Below are positions 47,490-58,348 of a stretch of DNA of 64,000 bases, in pieces (positions within the stretch are counted from its first letter, which is position 1; each line of letters starts with the position of its first letter). The stretch lies in contig JABHCP010000015.1 of assembly GCA_018673485.1 (NCBI GenBank), positions 25,529 through 89,528 of the forward strand. Direction: 5' to 3'. The position numbers and the translations under genes are program-made. The DNA is from Candidatus Uhrbacteria bacterium (GTDB taxonomy: Bacteria; Patescibacteriota; Patescibacteriia; UBA9934). The notes under the pieces are model-generated. The model was not told the origin of the DNA. It worked only from the letters and a program-made list of their open reading frames with translations, and did no database searches.

Positions 47490-49296
47490 AAGGAATGGAA
47501 GTTGTCACCCCTGAGGCCCAAGAAGAAATAAAGCTCTGTGTCCATGCATCTGTAGCATTTACTGATGTTTGACCAAGTAATATTGGGGTTGTTTCAAGCT
47601 GATCTTCACTTGGAGTTATAGCTACTTCAAAAGCAATTCCCACCACCGTGCTTGTTGGTGGTAAGGTTGGATTGAGGGAATTGATAGTCCACGTGACGGT
47701 CCCGTTTTCTGAGTCTATAGAACTTCCTGTGGACACACTCTGCCTGCCAGTTAGCTCAACGTTCGTTCCTAAGTCAGCGTTAATCGAAAGGTTCTCAAGG
47801 TCATTGGTTGTTCCGCTTATATTCCAGAAGATCCAATATTTTGTAACCTCATCAACGGCAGGTGGAATAGGTCCACGCCCCAACTGATCTCCATTTGGTC
47901 CCCAGTAACGCCCAAATGAACTCAACGTAATTGGTGAAGTGAGAGGGGAGTCAAAGCTTGAGCCAAATGTATTTACTGTAATGAGCTCATCATTTGGTGT
48001 GAATGAGAATTGTGCCGAAGCTGTTGTGGTTATGTTTATTGATTCGTAAATATCAGTAGCTGATCGTGAAAGAGAGCTATTGTTTGGCAAGATCATAGTT
48101 ATCGATCCATTAGCGCCAGCATTTAAATTTTCGATTTGATTATCAAAGTAGTAATACCCATCATTGTAAGATCCACCTTCTATTCCAGATGTACCGAAGA
48201 TATTTATATCATCTGATATTCGAAGTTCAATATTGGAAAGTTCGTAATCGCTCACGTTCTCATATTGAAGTTCAATCGTTGTTGACTCTCCTGGTATGAT
48301 CGAGCTTTCTTTAACTGCATGCGATAGTTGCAGTGGAGTTGGTAGAATTCCAATAACATCAGTCAGCTTTGATTGATTATATTGCGCTGTGTCAAAAATA
48401 AATGATGGATAAAAATCAAATGTTGAATCATCTGCAGATCCGAGTTGGCCGGTGAATTCTATCACTCCAGTTTCTCCAGGTTCGATTCCATCAACGTAGA
48501 ATTTTGCGTTTGATTGAAGGGCGGGGGCGCTCGATATCAATGAAAAGCTTTCTGGCCAGTCAGGCTCAATGATTAATTCAGGAAAGGTGACTGAACCAGT
48601 GTTCGTGTAGCTGATCGTTCCTTCAACTAGTTGATAGGCAACGAGGTGTTCGGGCAGCGATAGTTCCAGGGCAAGTGCTGAGCGAATTGGTTGGAAGATA
48701 TGTTCTTTGACTTTTGTGTCTTCAATTTCATCCTCTGAATATATATAGTTTAACGTTGTTGTAAAAATCTGATCACCACCAACGTTGCCAAACATTGTTC
48801 CTTGCACGTGAATGTATCCATACTGCGTTGGTGCAATATCTCCGATGTCGAATGTTAGCGTGCTAACTTCTTCTACATCGGTATCGATATTTGCCAATTC
48901 AAAATGTTCTGGCAGCTCAAACATGAGACGAGTATTTTTAATAGTCTCATCACTATTATTTTCGTATCTAAAGGTTAGTGTAGATAGATCCCCGGTGATT
49001 ACCTGCTCTGGTGCGACTGATGCATCGATTACAATTAAGTCAGGTGTATTTTTTGGAAAGACGAGATATGCGACAGCTGTGATTGTTAAGATAAGAAATC
49101 CAATTCCCACAATATCCAATGCTTTGTGCAATCTCCCACGATGTTTAAGGTAGTTGCCTTGCATGAGTAGCTTGATGGGGTCAGATACATGCTTACCTGC
49201 TTGTCGGCGAACATTTAGAGAACAAACAAGCAGGTGCTTTTTTGTTTTTGGGTCAATTGTATCCTCGCAAATCAGTTGCGGATCTTTTGTGGTCAT
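47446..49296 (-). CDS. large membrane-anchored surface protein with beta-rich repeat domains
   Basis: start moved to MTTKDP because upstream codons are read through a REP-like element; TM IVGIGFLILTITAVAYLVF. Confidence 0.45.
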   Translation of the reverse strand: MTTKDPQLICEDTIDPKTKKHLLVCSLNVRRQAGKHVSDPIKLLMQGNYLKHRGRLHKALDIVGIGFLILTITAVAYLVFPKNTPDLIVIDASVAPEQVITGDLSTLTFRYENNSDETIKNTRLMFELPEHFELANIDTDVEEVSTLTFDIGDIAPTQYGYIHVQGTMFGNVGGDQIFTTTLNYIYSEDEIEDTKVKEHIFQPIRSALALELSLPEHLVAYQLVEGTISYTNTGSVTFPELIIEPDWPESFSLISSAPALQSNAKFYVDGIEPGETGVIEFTGQLGSADDSTFDFYPSFIFDTAQYNQSKLTDVIGILPTPLQLSHAVKESSIIPGESTTIELQYENVSDYELSNIELRISDDINIFGTSGIEGGSYNDGYYYFDNQIENLNAGANGSITMILPNNSSLSRSATDIYESINITTTASAQFSFTPNDELITVNTFGSSFDSPLTSPITLSSFGRYWGPNGDQLGRGPIPPAVDEVTKYWIFWNISGTTNDLENLSINADLGTNVELTGRQSVSTGSSIDSENGTVTWTINSLNPTLPPTSTVVGIAFEVAITPSEDQLETTPILLGQTSVNATDAWTQSFISSWASGVTTSIPYDTKASSYGGIVTY

Positions 49297-49312
49297 ATGT
49301 GATGCGGTTTGT

Positions 49313-49419
49313 CCCTCCCCCTTCCCAAGGGGGAGATGGAGGGGGTTGCCAGTGAACTTAATTTGATCGAATTTGATCAAATGGCAACCACCCCTTACCC
49401 CTCCTTGGGAAGGAGGGGG
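49313..49419. repeat. inverted pair of REP-like GC-rich elements (copies b and c) separated by ~30 bp
   Basis: CCCTCCCCCTTCCCAAGGGGGAGATGGAGGGGGTTGCC ... GGCAACCACCCCTTACCCCTCCTTGGGAAGGAGGGGG. Confidence 0.5.
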
Positions 49420-49424
49420 TTAGA

Positions 49425-51398
49425 TTAAAAAATCGATAAGGTAAAAACGTCTTGTGTGAATGCGATGATTTCAGCGATGCCGTCGCCATCAAGGTCGGCC
49501 GTTGAGACTTCGGCGCCAAGGCCGTCGTATGTGTCAAAAGCCCAGAATGAATCCATTACTTCCTCACCCTCGTTGTTGAAGGCTTTTATTTCTGGCGCGC
49601 CTCCAAGTCCTGGACCAGTAATTATTTCATCTATTCCGTCGCCATTAATATCACCAGCGGCAACATTCACACCTCCACGGAAGTCTGGGTCATACGCAAA
49701 GAATCCAGGATTAATTAATGCACCGTCTTTATTGAACATTCGAACATGTGGTCCACCCTCTGTTCCGGCTCCACAGATGATTTCATACCAGCCATCGCCA
49801 TTTAAATCACCAATTGAAACATTAACACCTCCTCGATAAACTTCGTCGTATGCAAAGAAGCCAGGATTAATTAACACGCCGTCTGAGTTGAATATTCTGA
49901 CGTGTGCACCTCCACCGTCTTCAGTACCAGTTACAATCTCCACCGTTCCGTCACTTTCCAGGTCTCCAACTGAAATATTTATTCCGCCAGTATAATTTTG
50001 AGTGTAAGGATAAAAGCTAGCATGCAAGCTACCATCGTTGTTGTAGATAAATACTTGGTTGATGTCAGCTACTACCGTTTCACTAAGACCGTCGGCATTA
50101 ATGTCCGAGGTAACAACCTGAACACCACCGATGTAATCCTCATTATAGGAGAAGAATCCGGTTCTGTATGTTTCACCACCACCGTTGAATACTCTGGCAA
50201 AGGCACCATTTAAAAATACGCCCCCAATAATTTCATCAAGAGGCCTGACGAGGATTGCTCCGTCTTCTGATTCAAGTGTGATTCTGGAGATGATTGATCC
50301 ATCGTTAAAATCTGAATCTTGAGTTCCGTGCAGTTTTTCAAAATCACCATTAAGTTTTATGGTTTGCTCAGAACTTGTTGAGTTAACGATTACTTTTCCA
50401 TTTGTGAATTCTCGACTCCAAACTCCATCGTCTTCTTGTGCCCCCTCCTTAGCGGATCCGATATATGCGTCGTATTCGTCATACCACCAAAGCTGAGCGT
50501 GTGACTGGGTGCCATGGTCAAAGCCGAAAAATCCTTCACCTAAAAGTGTGCTTGATAACCCAAATCTAACTTTTTGATAGTCATCACTGTTACCCGTGTT
50601 GTTTGTGTCACTGTTTAGAATGATGACCGGGTCGTATGAGACTGTGTTACCTAAAGCTAAGTAGTTACCAATATTTGTTCCCCAGGAGCCATCTTCTTCC
50701 CACGGAGTAGGGAAGCTCTCAAACATACGACCATTCACATATGGAGCATAGTCTAAGTTTGAGCTTCCATTAGAAATGATGATTTTTTCAGACCCAATTA
50801 AAGATCTAGTTGTTGAAAAAAGATCTGCATAGGCATTGCGCCAAGAGCCATCAATGTCAGATGAGCCATTTGCAAGATCTAGATCACCAACCCAGCTAAT
50901 TGAGTCATTAACTTCATCGTAAAAAACACCATCCCAATAGTCATTATATAAAACCTCGTATGCTACAAATTCGGCTAGATAATCTCCCCAACCAGATGTG
51001 AGGTCGAGTGCTTGCGTGCCTGGCCATATGGAAACATCTGATCCATTGGTTTCATTGAGCCAATAAGGGTCTTGGATTCCGCTGTAAAGTTCGCGGTGAA
51101 GTTTGTCTTGCCAAATGTCGTTCCAACTCACAGTTGGTATGTAGGCGAGAATTTTTATGTCTGGATTGAGGTCGCGAATTTCATCTGAGAAGTTGGGATT
51201 GTACACCTGTGCTTCTGACGGTATAACGATGAGATCGTATTTTGAGAGTGATTCAAGTGTTTGGTTGTCATCAAGTGTTGTTCCAGAGAGCAAAAAATAA
51301 TTCGCCGTTTTAATGGCGTTCTGGTCTTGCGTGAAAACTGCTGCCAGGGGAACTAGCAGAAGGATTAGAAGTGCGATTGTAAGAAATGATTTTTTCAC
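49425..51398 (-). CDS. secreted protein with N-terminal glycoside-hydrolase-like domain and C-terminal FG-GAP (integrin-alpha-like) repeats
   Basis: signal MKKSFLTIALLILLLVPLAAVFT; repeated FG-GAP-like GDLNGDG..EII blocks. Confidence 0.55.
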   Translation of the reverse strand: MKKSFLTIALLILLLVPLAAVFTQDQNAIKTANYFLLSGTTLDDNQTLESLSKYDLIVIPSEAQVYNPNFSDEIRDLNPDIKILAYIPTVSWNDIWQDKLHRELYSGIQDPYWLNETNGSDVSIWPGTQALDLTSGWGDYLAEFVAYEVLYNDYWDGVFYDEVNDSISWVGDLDLANGSSDIDGSWRNAYADLFSTTRSLIGSEKIIISNGSSNLDYAPYVNGRMFESFPTPWEEDGSWGTNIGNYLALGNTVSYDPVIILNSDTNNTGNSDDYQKVRFGLSSTLLGEGFFGFDHGTQSHAQLWWYDEYDAYIGSAKEGAQEDDGVWSREFTNGKVIVNSTSSEQTIKLNGDFEKLHGTQDSDFNDGSIISRITLESEDGAILVRPLDEIIGGVFLNGAFARVFNGGGETYRTGFFSYNEDYIGGVQVVTSDINADGLSETVVADINQVFIYNNDGSLHASFYPYTQNYTGGINISVGDLESDGTVEIVTGTEDGGGAHVRIFNSDGVLINPGFFAYDEVYRGGVNVSIGDLNGDGWYEIICGAGTEGGPHVRMFNKDGALINPGFFAYDPDFRGGVNVAAGDINGDGIDEIITGPGLGGAPEIKAFNNEGEEVMDSFWAFDTYDGLGAEVSTADLDGDGIAEIIAFTQDVFTLSIF

Positions 51399-51529
51399 AA
51401 GTGTACTGGGTGGATGTTCAGATTTGGATATGATGCAAGGAAGGATTAAGGTTATGCCCGAGGCGTACTAGAGTGTACGGTGAGGGCAAAATGAAGATCC
51501 TGACAACGCAGCATACCAAATGTGGACAT

Positions 51530-51802
51530 CTACTCCTCTATTGTATCAGGGTTAGGTGAATAAAGCGTATTCTTTATCCTCCATTTTTCTACAAATTGTC
51601 CAATGCCTGCTTTGTCGCGTTTGTTGCGAACAGTGGTGCTGGTCTGTGACCATTTAAGTAAAGATTCGAATTGGATCTTATATCTGCCGTGAACCACAAT
51701 ATAGCTTACTTCGCCATTGGTGATGGCTCGGCGCACAGTGCGTGTGCTGACTCCAAAGAGCTTTGCAGCTTCTGATACAGATAGACGAACATTTGATTTC
51801 AT
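51530..51802 (-). CDS. small helix-turn-helix DNA-binding protein (excisionase/MerR-like HTH)
   Basis: LSVSEAAKLFGVSTRTVRRAITNGEV. Confidence 0.45.
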   Translation of the reverse strand: MKSNVRLSVSEAAKLFGVSTRTVRRAITNGEVSYIVVHGRYKIQFESLLKWSQTSTTVRNKRDKAGIGQFVEKWRIKNTLYSPNPDTIEE

Positions 51803-51948
51803 AAAATAGTTGTATTTGTCAACGCTAGTGTAGCCAAAAAGCCTGATTTTGTCAATTTATACTTGATCTTTTGTGCTAAAAATGCTATATTTCTTAGCCT
51901 TTTTGGGAATGTGTAACAAAAAAGGAGAATTTTCGACTAATTATACGA

Positions 51949-52473
51949 ATGCGTCGACGAAGCAAATTCTTACTGTTCCGAGTTTATAAATATAGAGATA
52001 CAGGAGCCTACGGGGAACTGTACGATTTTTATATTTCTAGAATTCGACGTTTTATTACATTCCGCGTGTCTCGTCCTGAGGATGCCGAAGAGCTTGCAGC
52101 TGAGGTGTTCTTGCGAGGATGGGAGTATGCAACCTCAAGCATTGTCAAAAACCCGGGAGCTTTATTCTATAAGATAGCGCGAAATATAGTAGCTGATCAC
52201 TATCGACAAAGAAAGCTGGAAATGGGTATAGATGAAGCGCCCGAGATCGCTGATCCGCTGGAGCTTGAAGAAAGCATTTCAAGCAAGCAAGAGCAGCAGG
52301 AGCTTATAGGTCACCTCAAATTGTTAAAAGAAGAATATAGAGATGTGCTGGTGATGAGGTACTTAGATGAGATGAATATCGCAGAGATTGCAGAAGCGCT
52401 GGAGAAAACCTCAGGAACTGTCAGGGTCACGCTGCACAGAGCGAAGAAAGCTTTACAAAAACATACAAAATAA
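51949..52473 (+). CDS. ECF-type sigma-70 family RNA polymerase sigma factor
   Basis: region 2 FLRGWEY... and region 4 HTH LDEMNIAEIAEALEKTSGTVRVTLHRAKKAL. Confidence 0.75.
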   Translation: MRRRSKFLLFRVYKYRDTGAYGELYDFYISRIRRFITFRVSRPEDAEELAAEVFLRGWEYATSSIVKNPGALFYKIARNIVADHYRQRKLEMGIDEAPEIADPLELEESISSKQEQQELIGHLKLLKEEYRDVLVMRYLDEMNIAEIAEALEKTSGTVRVTLHRAKKALQKHTK

Positions 52474-52474
52474 T

Positions 52475-53632
52475 ATGAGTCGCGAAATTATCGCACAATT
52501 GAAGGAGCTCAAGAACCACGCAGATACTGGGTGGGTGAATGATGTTGCTCAAGATGACTCTCGTGATGTGCTCATGAAGGCAATCGGTCACAATGAGGAT
52601 CGAGTTGTTTTGGATGCACAAGGCGCTTATATAAGATGGAATTTGGTTCAAACTGCCGTGCGCCCTGTGGGAGTAGGAATGTTGATGCTTATGTTCGTTT
52701 TTGGTGGTTGGTTTACAAGTGCTAAGGCAGCAGCGAACAGTCTGCCTGGTGACACTTTGTATGGAGTCAAGATAGCTACTGAGCAAGTTCAACTGTTTAT
52801 AACTTCAGATGATAATAAAGCTGTGCTTCACACACAATTTGCACAACGTAGATTATCAGAGGTTCAGGCACTGCAAACTTCCGATGATGAGCTTGCTGAT
52901 CAATATTTAGTTGAGACTGTACATGCGCTTGAGGCAGAAATGATTAAAGCTGGAGATGCATTGGCTCAGATGAAAATGGGCGGAGATGCGGCTACACTCA
53001 CGGTAGCGAGCATTCTAGATGAAAAGATTGGTTCAATTAACGCTGAGTTGGATTTGGTAAGCGGTCAAGATGAAGTGGTAGACGCAGCGCAAGATGCTGC
53101 AGATCAAGTTGCAGAAAGCGCAGTGGATACAATAGTAGAGTCACATGAGGTAGAAGAGACCCAGGAGTCTGCAACGGCAGTAGATCGATCATTTAAAAAT
53201 GAATACACATCACTTCGATCGCGACAGGAGTTTAACCTGGGACGTGTTGCCACTATCAGGTTGGTAGTTACAGAAAATGCTTTGGGGGGAATTATTACAG
53301 AAGATGAGCTTTTGCACATGGAGTTCATCGTTGAAGATGCAACTGATGAAGTTGGGCGTGCTATGGGCCTTGCGGCAGCCGGTGGATATAGAGCAGCGTT
53401 CGAGATTCTCAGAGAAGCAGATGTGACATTGTTAGGTATTGAGGCTCAACTAGTAGAGATCGAGTCAGCGATTATGGCAGTAATGAGTTCCGATTCGTCT
53501 ACTGAGGTTCCAGTGGATGAGGATATGCCTGCAGAGGTCAGCGACAACGATACTGACGACGATAGTGCTGCAGAGGAGCTTCAAAGTGATCCGGTTGCTC
53601 AAGAGATTGACGCTACAATTGATCCCCAATAA
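52475..53632 (+). CDS. putative anti-sigma factor / membrane protein with acidic extracytoplasmic domain
   Basis: immediately downstream of the ECF sigma gene; single TM VGVGMLMLMFVFGGWF. Confidence 0.4.
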   Translation: MSREIIAQLKELKNHADTGWVNDVAQDDSRDVLMKAIGHNEDRVVLDAQGAYIRWNLVQTAVRPVGVGMLMLMFVFGGWFTSAKAAANSLPGDTLYGVKIATEQVQLFITSDDNKAVLHTQFAQRRLSEVQALQTSDDELADQYLVETVHALEAEMIKAGDALAQMKMGGDAATLTVASILDEKIGSINAELDLVSGQDEVVDAAQDAADQVAESAVDTIVESHEVEETQESATAVDRSFKNEYTSLRSRQEFNLGRVATIRLVVTENALGGIITEDELLHMEFIVEDATDEVGRAMGLAAAGGYRAAFEILREADVTLLGIEAQLVEIESAIMAVMSSDSSTEVPVDEDMPAEVSDNDTDDDSAAEELQSDPVAQEIDATIDPQ

Positions 53633-53667
53633 TAACGATTCTATCTGGATGTGATCAAGACCCAGGT

Positions 53668-53700
53668 CCCCCTTCCCAAGGGGGACGACAGGGGGTTGCC
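53668..53700 (-). repeat. REP-like GC-rich element, copy d
   Basis: CCCCCTTCCCAAGGGGGACGACAGGGGGTTGCC. Confidence 0.45.
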
Positions 53701-53857
53701 ATTGGTCGCATTCGATAGAAACGTCTATACGTTTCTATCCCACTTGGTTCTTAGGAGCCTTGCGGGGCCTTAAATAAGGTTCAACCCTGAGATATCGCCC
53801 GAAAGGTCGAGGGCGCATGCCCAGTGATATCTCCTACTATTAAATAGAAAGGACTAA

Positions 53858-56800
53858 TTGATTATGCAAAAAGCATTACAAAATCGAGTATTCGCAGTCG
53901 TTACAATCGCTGCAATGTTGCTCGGTTCCTTGAGCGCAGTTCTCGTGCCATCTACAGCTTCAGCTGCTGGTGCAGGAGATCTGATCAAGAACGAGTCTCT
54001 CTCAACGGTGTATTACTACGCTCCAGATGGAACGCGGTTTATATTCCCTAACGAGAAGACTTACATGACTTGGTATCAGGACTTTGACGAGGTAGAGACT
54101 ATCTCTGACAGCGACCTAGCTGATATCGCAATGGGTGGAAACATCGTTTACCGCCCAGGAACAAGCTGGATTAAGATCCAGTCAAACCCTAAGGTTTACG
54201 CAGTAGCTACTGATGGAACAATCCACTGGATTGAGACAGAAGACGTTGCTGTTGATTACGCTGGAGCAGACTGGGCAGAATATGTTCAGGACGTACCAGA
54301 CGTATTTTTCCCAGATTACGATTCAGGAACATCTCTAACTGCAGCAACCGCATATGACGGACTGATGTACATGGATGGATCTGATTATTACATTTCATGG
54401 GGTGGCGAAAAGTTGCTAGTAAGCGACCTTGACGCTAACAACATGGTAGAAGACTTCTACCTAGCTGGAGAAGGGATCGATGACAGCGCACTAACTGCTG
54501 GTGATGAAGTCACTGGTGAGGACGCAGCTATCGTTGATGCTTCACAACAGGGTGGAGTAGAAGCAACTGAGGTTACAGGTGGAGATGTTGATTTCTCACT
54601 TTCATCTTCAAACCCAGCAGGAACTTCAGTTCCTACAAACGCTAACACTGTTGAAGTTTTGAGCTTTGACATCGAAGCAGGTGACGAGGCAACTGAGGTT
54701 GACCAAGTTGCTGTTAAGATGGTTGGTCTTTCATCAACAACAGATGTTACAAATGTTTACCTTTACGAAGGTTCAACACGATTGACTGAAGCTCGTTCGG
54801 TTAATTCATCAACTCGAAAAGCAACTTTTGGAAGCCTTAATCTAGCACTTGACGCAGGTGAAACACGAACAATTACTGTTCGCGTTACTATCGATGCTTC
54901 AGCTGGAGATGAGCTACAATTTGCTGTTTACGAGGTAGATGATGTAACTGCAGACGGAGACGTTTCAGGAAGCTTCCCACTTGAAGGAAATACTTTTGAG
55001 GTATCGGGAACAACAATCGGAACAGTTACTATTATTGATACAGGTTCAGTAAGCAACCCTTCATTGGGTGCAAATGATGCAGAAATTGGATCATTCAAGG
55101 TTACAACTGCTACTGAGGCTGGAAACGTACAGTCATTGACATTGAAGATCGCAAACGCTGACGATCACGATGACTACCGAATGTTAGCTGATGACGAAGA
55201 AGTAGCAACAGGTGAGTACATTGGTGACAAGCTTGTTGTATTCGACTTCGATGAGGATTACGAAATCAGCAAGGGTGGAAGCGAAATCTTCACAGTTACA
55301 GCTGATATTGGTGGAGATGCTGCTGACACAATCACTATGTACATGGATAACGCCATTGACGTCATGGTAGAAGGTGCTGAGTATGGCTTTGCTATGGCAG
55401 CAACTATTACCGGTTACGATCAAGGTACATGTACAACTGACGGAGATGAGTGTAACTACTCAACAATCCAGGGTGGAGAAGTAACATTTGACACTTATGG
55501 ACCAACTGCAGGTGATATCCGAACTAACAGTCAGGATCAGACCTTGCTCGAGTTCACACTTACATCAATGCAGGACATTACTGTTAAAGATCTAGACATT
55601 GTTATCGTAGCTAATGATGAAGAAGAGCTAACTAGCACTGATCCATTTAATGAGGTGGATGACGAAGATAGTGATGGAGCTGATGACGCTGGAGTACAAG
55701 ACGCAACTGGAGATGACGATGGACTTGTAAACACAGACGGAGAAGCAAACATTACTGACATCCGAATCGTTAACGCAGACACAGGCGATACTCTTATGGG
55801 GCCGCTTGAGCTTGATTCATTGGTCGCAGCAGCAGATGATGCTGGTCAAATTATTGATTTCACAGACGACTTTGATATGGATGCAGGTGAAACGTTGACT
55901 CTAGCAGTTGTGGTTGACGTTGATGACACAATTACATCTGGAACAGAAATTGGAGCTATCATTGATATCTCTGGATTCGTTGCAGAAGATGTAAATGGAG
56001 ACACTCTTACAAACTCAACAGACGTTGTTCCAACATCTGATATGTATGAGGGTGCTCAAAAGGCTACTTCCGCTTCATTGACAATTGCACTTTCTACTGT
56101 TCCTGGTGATGTAACAACTATCCACGGAATGGAAGATGTAGGTGTTGGTAAGTTCAACATTACCGGTGGAGACGCAGGTCAGGTTGATATCTCAAGCATC
56201 ACAATGGATGTTTACCTTCACGATGATGATGTAGATGGTTCTGATGATGACTTCTCACAGGCTGGAAACTGTTCAGCCGCTGAGTGTGCTGTAATCGCTG
56301 CTATTGTAACCGTTACAGACTATCTAGAATCATGTTCTATCTATGACATTGACGGAAACTTGCTTGACGGTCCTAAGTCACCATCATCTAGCGGATCATT
56401 GCTAGTATTTGATGACGTTGACTGGACAATTGAATCCGGTGAGTCTGAGGTTTTGGATCTTCACTGTGATTTCTCAAACCCAGTTCTTTCCACAACAGTA
56501 TATTTTGCATTCGACATTGACGATATGTCAGAGTTGGTTATTGCAGAGGACCAGGATGGAACAGATGTTGACCCAACAACTGATTCACCAAACGGTGATT
56601 ACTCAACGCCAACAAACGTTGTAACGCTTGCTGCTTCTGGATCAATCGCAATTACTGCAGATTCAAGCATGCCTAGTGCTGATATCTTGCTAACAGGAAC
56701 AACAGACAACCATGTTGCTTCTTACAACATTGCTGCTACAAATGAGGACTTTGAAGTTACAATTCTAACCTTCCATGAGGAGCAGTCTGAGGATGACACC

Positions 56801-58072
56801 GGAACTGCCGATGATTCAGGTTATACAAATAACATTAGTTTGGTAACTCTTGAATATCCAATTGAAGACGGAACGACAGAGACAGCTACTGCAACAATGT
56901 CTGGAAACGCAGCTAAGTTCACTTTGAGCTCAGCGCCATTGTATGTAAGTACAGAAGACGACGTTACCATTGATGTATATGTCGATGTACCAGCTACTGA
57001 TCGTACTGCCGGAGGTTCTGCAACATCTAACGAAAAGATCCGAATGGGATTCTCTGATGCAGACAATTCTGGTACTGAAAACTTCAAAGCTGTTGGAGTT
57101 GGATCTGGTACAACATTAGGTGAGGACGCTACTGGTGTAGATGATGTTGGACATGACTACTATACAACTGACGGCGTTCCAACATTCGTTGTGCAAGAGA
57201 CAAAGCCAACAATTAGCTTGAGCTCTTCAAGCCCATCTGGAACTTCTATCCCTGGAGACATTGAGGTTTACCGCTTCAACGTATCTGCAGCGAGCAACGA
57301 GGATGCAGTCCTACGTGAGTTAGTATGGAAGTTCTCATCAACTGATAACGCTTCCTCTAGCTGGAACTTCTGTGATCAGGCTGGAGTAGGAGATGGAGAG
57401 ATTGCAGCGGCTGATATGGATCTATACGATCTAACAGATCTTGGAACAGCACTTGACGATGACGCTGAGTGGTCATTCCATGATTCTGCAACTGCAGCAA
57501 CTGCTGTGGCAGGTACTAGAGAGATCTGTACTGACAGCACAGACGTTGTTGATTACATCGCGCTAGCATTTAGCACTGATGCAGAAACAATCACAGTTCC
57601 TGCTGGAGAGACAAAGACATTTGCTCTTTACATGGACTTGACCGGAGCTTCAGCTACAAACGATGATTCAGTACAGCTAACACTTGCTAGCTCAACTGAT
57701 CTAACTTGGGTTGATGACGTTAATATCGCTGACGCAGCTCTTACAATCTCTGATACAACCATTACGGTTGGAGCAGACTCAACATTTGACGCTGGTGATC
57801 AGATTTGTTTCACAGGAGCAGACACAACATGTGATGCAGGTGAAGAAATCGCTCTTATCACTGTTAAGTCGACAAATGACATTACATTGGTACGTGGTTA
57901 TCTAGGCACCGACTTTATATTGCCAGTAACAACACAGAACCTTTCATACCGTGCAGATCCACTGTATTGGGAGGATGATGGTACTGCTGGTACTCTTGCA
58001 ACAGTAGCTGCTTCATGGGGTTCATACCTCGTAGACAGCCTACCTGTTACAGGTAACGCACTACAGTTCTAA
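53858..58072 (+). CDS. very large secreted acidic surface protein (1404 aa), N-terminal shared ~110 aa domain followed by repetitive beta-rich Thr/Asp-rich regions
   Basis: signal peptide MIMQKALQNRVFAVVTIAAMLLGSLSAVLVPSTASAAG; STVYYYAPDGTRFIFPN...KIQSNPKVYAV block. Confidence 0.6.
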   Translation: MIMQKALQNRVFAVVTIAAMLLGSLSAVLVPSTASAAGAGDLIKNESLSTVYYYAPDGTRFIFPNEKTYMTWYQDFDEVETISDSDLADIAMGGNIVYRPGTSWIKIQSNPKVYAVATDGTIHWIETEDVAVDYAGADWAEYVQDVPDVFFPDYDSGTSLTAATAYDGLMYMDGSDYYISWGGEKLLVSDLDANNMVEDFYLAGEGIDDSALTAGDEVTGEDAAIVDASQQGGVEATEVTGGDVDFSLSSSNPAGTSVPTNANTVEVLSFDIEAGDEATEVDQVAVKMVGLSSTTDVTNVYLYEGSTRLTEARSVNSSTRKATFGSLNLALDAGETRTITVRVTIDASAGDELQFAVYEVDDVTADGDVSGSFPLEGNTFEVSGTTIGTVTIIDTGSVSNPSLGANDAEIGSFKVTTATEAGNVQSLTLKIANADDHDDYRMLADDEEVATGEYIGDKLVVFDFDEDYEISKGGSEIFTVTADIGGDAADTITMYMDNAIDVMVEGAEYGFAMAATITGYDQGTCTTDGDECNYSTIQGGEVTFDTYGPTAGDIRTNSQDQTLLEFTLTSMQDITVKDLDIVIVANDEEELTSTDPFNEVDDEDSDGADDAGVQDATGDDDGLVNTDGEANITDIRIVNADTGDTLMGPLELDSLVAAADDAGQIIDFTDDFDMDAGETLTLAVVVDVDDTITSGTEIGAIIDISGFVAEDVNGDTLTNSTDVVPTSDMYEGAQKATSASLTIALSTVPGDVTTIHGMEDVGVGKFNITGGDAGQVDISSITMDVYLHDDDVDGSDDDFSQAGNCSAAECAVIAAIVTVTDYLESCSIYDIDGNLLDGPKSPSSSGSLLVFDDVDWTIESGESEVLDLHCDFSNPVLSTTVYFAFDIDDMSELVIAEDQDGTDVDPTTDSPNGDYSTPTNVVTLAASGSIAITADSSMPSADILLTGTTDNHVASYNIAATNEDFEVTILTFHEEQSEDDTGTADDSGYTNNISLVTLEYPIEDGTTETATATMSGNAAKFTLSSAPLYVSTEDDVTIDVYVDVPATDRTAGGSATSNEKIRMGFSDADNSGTENFKAVGVGSGTTLGEDATGVDDVGHDYYTTDGVPTFVVQETKPTISLSSSSPSGTSIPGDIEVYRFNVSAASNEDAVLRELVWKFSSTDNASSSWNFCDQAGVGDGEIAAADMDLYDLTDLGTALDDDAEWSFHDSATAATAVAGTREICTDSTDVVDYIALAFSTDAETITVPAGETKTFALYMDLTGASATNDDSVQLTLASSTDLTWVDDVNIADAALTISDTTITVGADSTFDAGDQICFTGADTTCDAGEEIALITVKSTNDITLVRGYLGTDFILPVTTQNLSYRADPLYWEDDGTAGTLATVAASWGSYLVDSLPVTGNALQF

Positions 58073-58142
58073 TCACTACTTAGTAGAATTAGAAATTCAC
58101 ATTCGAAGAACTTGTTGCTTCACAAGAACTTCGTAACCACAA

Positions 58143-58176
58143 ACCCCCGCGTAAGCGGGGGTTTTGGTGTCTTCTT
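58143..58176 (+). terminator. intrinsic terminator after the large surface-protein gene
   Basis: CCCCCGC-GTAA-GCGGGGG TTTTGGTGTCTTCTT. Confidence 0.6.
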
Positions 58177-58233
58177 AAATTCTTATTCTTTGTCGCTTCA
58201 AAGAAATGAGATCAGATAAGGGTCGAATCTCAA

Positions 58234-58290
58234 TCCCCCTCCTTTTCCTGCCTGCCGGCAGGCACGGCAAGGAGGGGTTAGGGGTGGTTA
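58234..58290 (-). repeat. REP-like GC-rich element, copy e (longer variant with inner palindrome TGCCTGCCGGCAGGCA)
   Basis: CCCCCTCCTTTTCCTGCCTGCCGGCAGGCACGGCAAGGAGGGG ... GGTTGCC. Confidence 0.4.
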
Positions 58291-58348
58291 TTTGGTTGCC
58301 TCAAATTCCTAAATCAGCTAAAATGAAGCCATAATTAGTTTATATTTT

